A stretch of DNA of 54,851 bases from a virus (Duplodnaviria; Caudoviricetes). The first letter of the stretch is position 1, and the number at the start of each line of letters is the position of its first letter. Location of the stretch: the IMG/VR virus record IMGVR_UViG_3300027733_001467, positions 1 to 54,851 of that record; one strand, given 5' to 3'. The notes under the pieces are model-generated. The model was given only the letters and a program-made list of their open reading frames with translations. It was not told the origin of the DNA and searched no databases. This document shows, piece after piece, positions 38,866-47,487 of this stretch. The position numbers and the translations under genes are program-made.

Positions 38866-41058
38866 ATGAGTAAAAAGAAATTACTGTATATTTGTCCGCA
38901 TCTTTCTACCGGCGGACAACCTCAATACACTTACAAGCAGATAAAGCAATTTATCAATGATTATCAAATAGAAGTTGTTGAAATAAACAATAGTGGTGGA
39001 AATGCGTTTGTAGTACAAAAGAATAGAATCAAAGCATTAGTTCCTGTTCATACATTAGGGGATAACAGAGCAGAAATAATTGATATCATTAATACTTTCA
39101 AACCTGATATTATACATTTTCAGGAGATTCCACAACATGATTTATCAACTGATATTTTAGATAGAATATTTTCGGATAAAAGAAAATATTTTATTGTAGC
39201 ATCTACACATGGGTCTTTAACAAATCCTGAAGAAATAATTTACCATCCCGATAGATATATTTTAGTATCCGAATGGAGTAGACAAAAGTTTATTGATACT
39301 GGTGTTGAAACTGATATATGGGAATATCCAATCGAAGAATATGTGTTTGATAAAGCAACTGCACAAAAAGAATTAGGATTTGAATCTGATTGGAAGCATG
39401 TACTTAATGTTGGATTATTTGCACCAGGTAAAAATCAAGGTGAAGTATTTGCAATAGCAAGGCAATTAGAAAAATACAAAATTAAATTTCACTTTGTAGG
39501 AAATCAAGCTGGAAACTTTGAACATTATTGGGGAGATATAATGAAATACAAACCTGATAATTGTATTGTTTGGGGAGAACGGAATGATGTTGATACTTTT
39601 TACGCAGCATCGGATATGTTCTACTTTAGTTCTATAATTGAATTAAATCCGTTATCAGTTAAAGAAGCATTATCATACGGACTACCATCTATATTTAGAA
39701 AGTTACCAACTTATTTAGATACATACGATAATAATCCATTGGTTACATACATTGGTGATGATTTAAAAGTTACTAAAAAAATTATATTAGAAACTTTACA
39801 ACCTGAATTCAATGAGATACCGGGTTGGTTTGTTTATGATACTATGTATGATGATATGGTTAAGAATGCTAAAGGTGGTGAAACTTTTGTTGAGTTGGGT
39901 TCTTGGTTTGGTAAGTCTACAAATTATATGGCAACTAAAATTAAAGAATCTGGTAAGAATATAAAATTCACAACAATAGATACATTTAAAGGAACTGCAG
40001 ATGAAGGGTTGCATAATACAATAGTAAATGGTTCTTTTGATGGAGATATATTTTATGAATTTATAGATAATACAATCATATCAGATAACTACGGAACATT
40101 TGATATCATAAAAGATACATCACATAATGCTACCAACCAATTTCAAAATAACAGCATTGATTATATAATGTTAGATGGTGGGCATAGTTATGAGGATGTA
40201 AACGAAGATATAAAACTTTGGTATAATAAAGTAAAACCGGGTGGATATATTTCTGGAGATGATTATGGTGGTAGTTTCTTTCCTGGTGTTACTAAAGCAG
40301 TTGATGAATATTTTTATAATCAATGTGAAATTGGATTTAGAACTTGGAAAATGAAAAAACCAAGAATACAAATAAAGCATTTATTAACAAGACCTGATGA
40401 TGCTAGAGAAAGAGTAAGTATTCAATCATTAAAGCAATTATCAAAATACGGAATGGATTATGTACAAATGATAAATACTCCATACGAAGGATTAGCACCT
40501 GTTGAAAATTGTAGAAGACCTGAAAATGTTAGTAAAGATAATAAGCCGGGTGAATTATATCCGGGAGCAGGTATTGGATATATTACGGGTAGACACTATG
40601 GTTGTTATCTAGCACATAGAGGAGCTTTGGAATCTATTGATGATACAAATTATGATTATACTTTAATATTTGAAGCAGATGCTTTTATTAATGTAGGTAT
40701 TGAGGAGTTTGTTGAAATAGTACATAGAGCTTGTTTCATTTCACAAAGAGATAATGTTTATTATATAGGATTCGCAAATAATCCTTCTTGGAATAGATGG
40801 GGAGTTGATGAACTATTTGCAAAAACTGATTTTAATCAAGACCTTGCACATTGTTATTTAATTCCAAATCGACACAAGCAATTCTATATGGATAGACTGG
40901 AAGATATTGGATGGGATGTTGGTGATTTATGGTACAACCATGTATTCTATGACCATAGACATTTGAGATATACAACTAATAAAAATTATAGTAAGCAAGC
41001 TGAGGGCTATTCTTTATTAGATGAAAAAATAAAAAGTTGGAAAGAAAATTGGAACTAA
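38866..41058 (+). CDS. Fusion of GT4-like glycosyltransferase, SAM methyltransferase and GT25-like domain
   Basis: PHLSTGG, VG...PGKNQ and E..PLSVKEALSYGLP (GT-B); VELGSWFGKS, LDGGHSYE and KPGG.I.GDDY (methyltransferase); GCYLAH and LIFEADA (GT25-like). Confidence 0.85.
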   Translation: MSKKKLLYICPHLSTGGQPQYTYKQIKQFINDYQIEVVEINNSGGNAFVVQKNRIKALVPVHTLGDNRAEIIDIINTFKPDIIHFQEIPQHDLSTDILDRIFSDKRKYFIVASTHGSLTNPEEIIYHPDRYILVSEWSRQKFIDTGVETDIWEYPIEEYVFDKATAQKELGFESDWKHVLNVGLFAPGKNQGEVFAIARQLEKYKIKFHFVGNQAGNFEHYWGDIMKYKPDNCIVWGERNDVDTFYAASDMFYFSSIIELNPLSVKEALSYGLPSIFRKLPTYLDTYDNNPLVTYIGDDLKVTKKIILETLQPEFNEIPGWFVYDTMYDDMVKNAKGGETFVELGSWFGKSTNYMATKIKESGKNIKFTTIDTFKGTADEGLHNTIVNGSFDGDIFYEFIDNTIISDNYGTFDIIKDTSHNATNQFQNNSIDYIMLDGGHSYEDVNEDIKLWYNKVKPGGYISGDDYGGSFFPGVTKAVDEYFYNQCEIGFRTWKMKKPRIQIKHLLTRPDDARERVSIQSLKQLSKYGMDYVQMINTPYEGLAPVENCRRPENVSKDNKPGELYPGAGIGYITGRHYGCYLAHRGALESIDDTNYDYTLIFEADAFINVGIEEFVEIVHRACFISQRDNVYYIGFANNPSWNRWGVDELFAKTDFNQDLAHCYLIPNRHKQFYMDRLEDIGWDVGDLWYNHVFYDHRHLRYTTNKNYSKQAEGYSLLDEKIKSWKENWN

Positions 41059-42206
41059 TGATATACGATAATTTAAAAAAGAATTTAAATAACATAATAC
41101 AAATAAAAAACAAAGTAATTGTACACTTTGTTAGAGGACCTTTTGTTGAAGTAAAAGGAAATACAAATGCTGAGTATCGTATTGAATTTATAGATAGAAG
41201 TACTGGAAAAGTTATTCACACTGGAAACATAAAAAATAATATGTGGAGTAAGTGTAATATAGAATATTTTGTAAATTGGCAAATAAAGATATTCGAAAAT
41301 GGAAAATTGTATGAGGAACATAACTACGATGCAACTGGTAAAAGAGTTTATATAGCTATGGATTCAAGAGCATTAGGTGATACATTGGCATGGTTTCCAT
41401 ACTTTGAAGAATTCCGAAAACAATGGGGATGCAAATTAATAGCATCAACCTTTATGAATGACATGTTTAAAGATGAATACCCAGATATAGAATTTGTAAA
41501 TCCTGGCTCTGGTGTTGAAAATATATACGCAATGTATGGAGTTGGATTATATTATAAAGAAAATGATGAATATAATGAATATAAAAATCCAAATAATTTT
41601 AGAGAGCAAACAATGCAAAAAATGGCATCTGATATTTTAGGATTGGAATATAAAGAAGTTAGACCAAAAATAAAAAAGAGAGATGTTAAAATAGATAAAC
41701 AATTAAAGCAAGTTTGTATTGGTGTATTTGGAACGGCTCAATCTAAATTTTGGAATAACCCAACAGGATGGCAGGATGTTGTAGACTGGTTGAATACTAG
41801 AGGTTATACAGTTAAATTAGTATCTAAAGAGGGAGATGACTATATGGGTAATAAACTACCAACCGGAATAATTAAACACCCAGAAGGACCATTAGAATTA
41901 GTTATGGATGAAATGAAAAAATCAAAAGCATTCATTGGAATTGGTAGTGGGTTGAGTTGGTTAAGCTGGGCCCTAAATGTTCCTACTGTATTGATTAGTG
42001 GATTCTCATATGATTGGGCTGAAATGCAGGATTGTGTAAGAATTGCGGCACCTAAAGGTAAATGTGAGGGTTGCTTTAATAGGATTAGATTAGATGCTGG
42101 GGATTGGAATTGGTGCCCTGACCATAAAGGTACTCATAAACAATTTGAATGTACAAGAACAATAACTTCAGATAGTGTGATAAAAGAATTGGAAAAATTC
42201 TTATAA
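41058..42206 (+). CDS. Autotransporter O-heptosyltransferase-like protein (TibC/Aah family, GT-B)
   Basis: LGDTLAWFPY, AQSKFWNNPTGW, FIGIGSGLSWLSWAL..P.VLISGFS and Cys cluster CEGCFN..WCP.H....FECTR; ATG overlaps the upstream TAA. Confidence 0.88.
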   Translation: MIYDNLKKNLNNIIQIKNKVIVHFVRGPFVEVKGNTNAEYRIEFIDRSTGKVIHTGNIKNNMWSKCNIEYFVNWQIKIFENGKLYEEHNYDATGKRVYIAMDSRALGDTLAWFPYFEEFRKQWGCKLIASTFMNDMFKDEYPDIEFVNPGSGVENIYAMYGVGLYYKENDEYNEYKNPNNFREQTMQKMASDILGLEYKEVRPKIKKRDVKIDKQLKQVCIGVFGTAQSKFWNNPTGWQDVVDWLNTRGYTVKLVSKEGDDYMGNKLPTGIIKHPEGPLELVMDEMKKSKAFIGIGSGLSWLSWALNVPTVLISGFSYDWAEMQDCVRIAAPKGKCEGCFNRIRLDAGDWNWCPDHKGTHKQFECTRTITSDSVIKELEKFL

Positions 42207-42256
42207 AAATTTAAAAACAATATAGTTATATATATAAACAATAAAAAACATAAATT

Positions 42257-42652
42257 ATGGCAGAATTAGATAACATTCCACAAACACAAACAGTGGAATT
42301 AGCACAAGTTAAATTAGATGACAGTACTTTTGAAAAAATTAAAGAGCTGAACAGTAGAGTTCAAAGTTTACTTTTAGAAGTAGGCTCTATATACATCAGA
42401 AGAAAAGAAATGGAAGAGGAAATTCTTAGAATGGCAGATGTATTAGAAGCTCATGAAAGTGAAATTAAATCATCTAATCTACAATTAAACGATATGGCAT
42501 CTGAAATTGATGACAAATATCCTCAAGCAAGAATCAATGTAGCTGATGGTACTGTACAATATCAACCAGGTGCACCTACTAGAAAGCAACAACAAGCTGA
42601 ACAGGCACAACAACAAAGTGGAGCATCTGACTTCAAAGTTGTAAAAGAATAA
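42257..42652 (+). CDS. Small coiled-coil protein (paralogue of 38535-38819)
   Basis: KYPQARINVADGTV motif; preceded by the TAGTTATA variant at 42223-42230. Confidence 0.8.
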   Translation: MAELDNIPQTQTVELAQVKLDDSTFEKIKELNSRVQSLLLEVGSIYIRRKEMEEEILRMADVLEAHESEIKSSNLQLNDMASEIDDKYPQARINVADGTVQYQPGAPTRKQQQAEQAQQQSGASDFKVVKE

Positions 42653-42659
42653 TCTCATA

Positions 42660-42667
42660 TATTTATA
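42660..42667 (+). promoter_or_regulatory. TATTTATA putative late-promoter motif
   Basis: Intergenic octamer before ATG 42689. Confidence 0.6.
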
Positions 42668-42688
42668 TGATATAAGATATATCGTATA

Positions 42689-45091
42689 ATGAATGAATTA
42701 TCAAATTTTTTAGTAGAATCAATATTATTGGAAGCGGCCTCTATAAACAAAGTAATTGTTGTTTATTCTGGCCGCTTTCAACCTTTTCATAAGGGCCATT
42801 ACGCAACTTATGATAATTTAGTACGCAAATTCGGAAAGGATAGTGTGTATATCGGAACTTCTAATGTTACCGATTCAAAGAAATCTCCATTTAATTTTAA
42901 AGAGAAGAAAGCAATAATGACAAATATGTTTGGTATTCCATCAAACAAAATTGTCAATATCAGAAATCCCTATGCACCTGAAGAAATTCTAAATAAATAC
43001 GATGAAGATACAACTGGTTTAATAGTTGTAGTTGGTGAGAAAGATGAGCAAAGACTTGGTGGTAAATATTTCACACCATATAAAGGTAAAGTAACTGAAC
43101 CTTTTTTAGATAGAGGATATGTTTATGCAGCACCAGCAGAATCAAACCCAATTAGTGGTACTGATGTTCGTTATTGGTTAAGTGCTGGAAGTGCTGCTGA
43201 TAGAAAGAAAAACTTTACAAAAGCATATCCTAGATTTGATGACCAAATATTCAAATTAATTACCCTTAAGTTAAAGAGTTTAAAAGAATGTATTAATGAG
43301 GAAATTAAAATAAATGTAAAAATTGGAGATACTATTCTAATGGGTAGATTTAAAAATAAAAAAGTAGTTGTAAAAACAATAGGTACAGATGATTGGGGAA
43401 TGCCAACAATCAATGGTAAGAAGGTAGCAACATTTAGAATTCCAAAAAAAGATAATTTAAAAGAAATGGGACTTGGTGGCGGAGCTGGTGTAGGTTTAAG
43501 TTTACCGGGTGGATATATTAATGGAGCACCTGATAGTAAAGATGTTAAGAAGAATAGCAAAAAACTTAACAACAACGGAATGAGTGGATATGAGGAGATT
43601 GATGAAGAAAATAACATTTTAGAATACACTGGAAACGAAGCGTTTGATAATGATACGGGTGGCACTACTGGACACACTTGGAATAAAGATTGGGAAGAAT
43701 ATGATAAAGCTGAATATTATTTAGAAGATTTAGAAGGTTGGGAAAATATGAATCATAAGAGTGATAAAGATGACAAAATAAGAAAAAACAAAGTTCCAAT
43801 TTTTAATCACGACGATACAACTGATAAATACAATCGTATATTAAAGCATGATTTAAAATCTCCTAATGATTTTATAAAAGAATCATTAATAATGGAAGGT
43901 GGAGCTTATGGACATATGGCACATCCATTTGATATTGAGATGGGTTTAACATTTGGTGACCTTAAACAAATAGTAGTAAGAGCTCTTAATGGTGATTTGG
44001 AATTAGCAAGAGAAAAGACTGATGGGCAGGCATTGGCAATTAGTTGGGTAAATGGTAGATTGGTTGCAGCTCGTAATAAATCTCATTTAAAAGATAAAGG
44101 AGTTGGTGCTATGACAATAGGACAGGTAGCAGATAAGTTTGCTGGTAGAGGTGGATTAACTGATGCATACAATTTCGCTATGCAAGATTTATCTAAAGCA
44201 ATTGGAGCCCTATCCGAACCTCAACGTAAGAAGGTTTTTAACGATGGTAGTTCGTTTATGAACTTGGAAGTAATATATCCAACGTCTGTAAATGTAATCC
44301 CTTACAATCAACCCCTATTAGTATTTCATGGTACATTTGATTATGATATGACTGGTACTATAATTGGACAAAATCAAGACGCAGCAAAAGTATTAGGTGG
44401 AATGATTAAGCAAGTAAATGCACACGTTCAATCCAAATATACAATACAGGGACCTCCAATGCAAACACTTCCTAAAACCGAACATCTTTCTAAATTACAA
44501 GGAAAGTATTTAGGAATGATTTCTAAACTACAATCTGAATTTGGATTAGCTGACTCTGATGGTGTAGCAGATTATCACCAAGCTTGGTGGACAAATTTTG
44601 TAGAAAAGGGAGCAAAGAAATTGGATGCACAGCAAAAGATAGGACTAATTAAAAGATGGGCTTTTGGAGATAAAAGCTTTCGTATAGCGGATATAAAAGA
44701 TGATAAGATAAGAGCTTGGGCTGACCAAACAGATAAGCAAGACCAACAAAAGATATCAAAGCAAAATTTAATGAGATTTGAGGAAATATTCTTAGGTGTG
44801 GGAGCAGATGTATTATCATTTATGACATCAGTATTAACTGCAAATCCTGCAGAAGCTACTAAACAAATGAAAGCAAAATTACAAAGTACAATATCGCAAG
44901 TAAAAGCAAGTGGTGACCCTAAAAAGATTGCAAAACTTAAATTAGAATTAAGTAGAATGCAGGCTTTAGGTGGATTTGATAAAATCGTACCAAATGAGGG
45001 ATTGGTATTTGTATATGGTGGAAACACCTATAAACTAACAGGTGCATTCGCACCCCTAAATCAAATTTTAGGCATATTTTTTGATTCTTAA
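42689..45091 (+). CDS. HxGH (cytidylyl/NMN-adenylyl)transferase-like domain fused to an RNA-ligase-like KxDG domain
   Basis: SGRFQPFHKGH and ISGTDVR in the N-domain; EKTDG, ARNK, NLE, EGLVF and YK in the C-domain. Confidence 0.75.
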   Translation: MNELSNFLVESILLEAASINKVIVVYSGRFQPFHKGHYATYDNLVRKFGKDSVYIGTSNVTDSKKSPFNFKEKKAIMTNMFGIPSNKIVNIRNPYAPEEILNKYDEDTTGLIVVVGEKDEQRLGGKYFTPYKGKVTEPFLDRGYVYAAPAESNPISGTDVRYWLSAGSAADRKKNFTKAYPRFDDQIFKLITLKLKSLKECINEEIKINVKIGDTILMGRFKNKKVVVKTIGTDDWGMPTINGKKVATFRIPKKDNLKEMGLGGGAGVGLSLPGGYINGAPDSKDVKKNSKKLNNNGMSGYEEIDEENNILEYTGNEAFDNDTGGTTGHTWNKDWEEYDKAEYYLEDLEGWENMNHKSDKDDKIRKNKVPIFNHDDTTDKYNRILKHDLKSPNDFIKESLIMEGGAYGHMAHPFDIEMGLTFGDLKQIVVRALNGDLELAREKTDGQALAISWVNGRLVAARNKSHLKDKGVGAMTIGQVADKFAGRGGLTDAYNFAMQDLSKAIGALSEPQRKKVFNDGSSFMNLEVIYPTSVNVIPYNQPLLVFHGTFDYDMTGTIIGQNQDAAKVLGGMIKQVNAHVQSKYTIQGPPMQTLPKTEHLSKLQGKYLGMISKLQSEFGLADSDGVADYHQAWWTNFVEKGAKKLDAQQKIGLIKRWAFGDKSFRIADIKDDKIRAWADQTDKQDQQKISKQNLMRFEEIFLGVGADVLSFMTSVLTANPAEATKQMKAKLQSTISQVKASGDPKKIAKLKLELSRMQALGGFDKIVPNEGLVFVYGGNTYKLTGAFAPLNQILGIFFDS

Positions 45092-45142
45092 TCGTTTTTT
45101 TGATTTTGATATACTTATATATACAAATATATCGTATATAGT

Positions 45143-45826
45143 ATGGCAAAGGAATTCAATAAAAAGTTTATGCATCCAACTCGTAGAAAGTTGGTTGATA
45201 TGGTAATGCATGGTGCTGAATATGAAAAGGAATCATTTATTTCATTTTCTGGAGCAGATAAAGAAAAGGTAAAAAGAACAATTGGTGAAAAATGGACCGA
45301 TGTAGATGGTAGGTCTTGGGAACAATTAGAAGCTGGTAAAATTGAAGTTTCCGAATTGGGTGACATTATGGCTGAAACAAGAGCTTACTTAGATAAGTTA
45401 AACACTTGTAAATCGGATAATTGTAAAACAATAAAAATAGGTAGAGTTGATAAAAAATTAATATCTAAAACAGGATATTGTTTACATTGTCTTTCTTTAA
45501 GAGAAGCTCAAATTAAATATGATGGATTGTGGAAAGAATATGAAGATTATAAAATATATTCCAATATGATTGCACATGGTAAAGATGTAATTGCACAATT
45601 TCAACAAGCATATAATGACGCAAAGCAAACTTATGAAGTAGTTCAAGAAGATGGTAAAATTGAAACTTGGAGTATGGAAAGAGATGTTAATGAATTGAAA
45701 GCAGAAATAATGACGGATATTATTAATTTTGAAAAAGAAATAGAAGAAGTTACAAAATTAAGAAATGAGGCTTACAATAAACTAAAAGATAAAAATTACG
45801 ATTTAGTAAGACCTCTTAAAGATTAA
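45143..45826 (+). CDS. Hypothetical Cys4 protein preceding terminase
   Basis: CKSDNC...CLHC and a helical C-half; preceded by the TACTTATA variant at 45112-45119. Confidence 0.8.
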   Translation: MAKEFNKKFMHPTRRKLVDMVMHGAEYEKESFISFSGADKEKVKRTIGEKWTDVDGRSWEQLEAGKIEVSELGDIMAETRAYLDKLNTCKSDNCKTIKIGRVDKKLISKTGYCLHCLSLREAQIKYDGLWKEYEDYKIYSNMIAHGKDVIAQFQQAYNDAKQTYEVVQEDGKIETWSMERDVNELKAEIMTDIINFEKEIEEVTKLRNEAYNKLKDKNYDLVRPLKD

Positions 45827-45827
45827 T

Positions 45828-47423
45828 ATGAGCACTGGTATAACACAAAAGAAATCGTTAAAAGATATTATTGCCGAAGAATATAAAAAGTGTGCGGTAG
45901 ACCCTATTCACTTTATGAAGAAGTATTGTATGATTCAGCATCCTGTAAGAGGTAAGATACCATTTCAATTATTCCCATTTCAGGAAAAGACTTTAACACA
46001 ATTTAAAGACAATAGATTTAATGTAGTCCTAAAATCAAGACAAACTGGCATCTCAACACTTTGTGCTGGTTTTGCACTTTGGAAAATGATATTCAATACT
46101 GATTTCAATGTGTTGGTAATCGCAACAAAGCAAGATGTAGCAAAGAATTTAGTAACAAAGGTTAGAGTAATGCATGAATTGCTTCCAAGCTGGCTTAAAG
46201 GTGGCTCTATGGAAGATAACAAGCTTTCCCTTCGTTTACAAAATGGTTCTCAAATTAAGGCTATTGCTAGTTCTCCTGATGCAGGACGTTCTGAAGCATT
46301 ATCACTTCTTATATTTGATGAAGCAGCTTTTATTGATGATATTGATGAGATTTGGGTGGCAGCTCAATCTACACTTTCAACAGGTGGAGCTTGTATAGCA
46401 CTATCTACTCCGAATGGTGTTGGTAATTGGTTTCATCAAACTTGGTTAGGAGCAGAAGAAAGCACAAACCCATTTAATACAATCAGATTACATTGGACAG
46501 TTCATCCTGAAAGAGACCAAAGGTGGAGAGACGAGCAAGAGAAGTTATTGGGTACAAAGAAAGCAGCACAAGAGTGTGATTGTGATTTTATATCTTCTGG
46601 TGAAACTGTAATTGAACCCGAATTATTAATGTTCTATAAAGAAACATATGTAATACCACCGATTGAGAAAGGTGGATTTGATGGAAATCTTTGGAAATGG
46701 GAACATCCTGATTATTCAAAATCATATATGGTAGTTGCCGATGTGGCTAGAGGTGATGGTGGGGATTATTCTACTTGTCATGTAATTGATATTATTAATT
46801 CAGTACAGGTTGCGGAATATAGAGGTAAGGTGGATACCAAAGATTTTGGAAACTTCTTAGTTGCACTTTCAACGGAATATAATGATGCTTTACTTGTAAT
46901 AGAGAACGCAAATATTGGTTGGGCAACAATTCAGCAAGTAATTGATAGAGGATACAAAAACTTATTCTATATGAGCAAGGATTTAAAATACATTGATATA
47001 CAACATCAAATGACAAACAGATATAGAAGTGAAGAAAAGGGATTAGTAGCTGGATTTTCAACTACTTCTAAGACTAGACCTTTAATCATATCTAAATTAA
47101 CGGATTATTTTAGAGAGAAATCAATTATAATTCGTTCTGCTCGTTTAATAGATGAGTTATTTACATTTATCTATATGAATGGTAGGGCTGAAGCAATGAA
47201 GGGTTATAACGATGACTTAGTTATGGCTATATCAATTGGATTATGGGTTAGAGATACTGCACTTCGTTTAAGACAAGAAGGTATTGATTTAACCAAACAA
47301 GCGGTAAGTAGTATTACATCAAACACATCTCAAGGGATTTATGGTGGTAATGATACAATGAATGATAACCCTTGGAAAATGAGAGTTGGGGATGATTTTG
47401 AAGATTTATCCCAATGGTTGTAG
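45828..47423 (+). CDS. Terminase large subunit (T4 gp17-like)
   Basis: LFPFQ Q-motif, KSRQTGIST Walker A, LIFDEAAF Walker B, STPNG; nuclease DVARG.G.DYS and NDDLVMA. Confidence 0.95.
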   Translation: MSTGITQKKSLKDIIAEEYKKCAVDPIHFMKKYCMIQHPVRGKIPFQLFPFQEKTLTQFKDNRFNVVLKSRQTGISTLCAGFALWKMIFNTDFNVLVIATKQDVAKNLVTKVRVMHELLPSWLKGGSMEDNKLSLRLQNGSQIKAIASSPDAGRSEALSLLIFDEAAFIDDIDEIWVAAQSTLSTGGACIALSTPNGVGNWFHQTWLGAEESTNPFNTIRLHWTVHPERDQRWRDEQEKLLGTKKAAQECDCDFISSGETVIEPELLMFYKETYVIPPIEKGGFDGNLWKWEHPDYSKSYMVVADVARGDGGDYSTCHVIDIINSVQVAEYRGKVDTKDFGNFLVALSTEYNDALLVIENANIGWATIQQVIDRGYKNLFYMSKDLKYIDIQHQMTNRYRSEEKGLVAGFSTTSKTRPLIISKLTDYFREKSIIIRSARLIDELFTFIYMNGRAEAMKGYNDDLVMAISIGLWVRDTALRLRQEGIDLTKQAVSSITSNTSQGIYGGNDTMNDNPWKMRVGDDFEDLSQWL

Positions 47424-47487
47424 TGTTTTGATATTTTACGATATTTATGTTATATAATGTCAAAATAGAAAACTGATAAAATAAATT

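Noticed and set aside
676-41057. Track start codons at 676, 2961, 3730 and 41037
   Set aside because: Downstream ATGs (736, 3018, 3766, 41058) remove long overlaps and give coupled stops/starts, a clean signal peptide or the shared leader.
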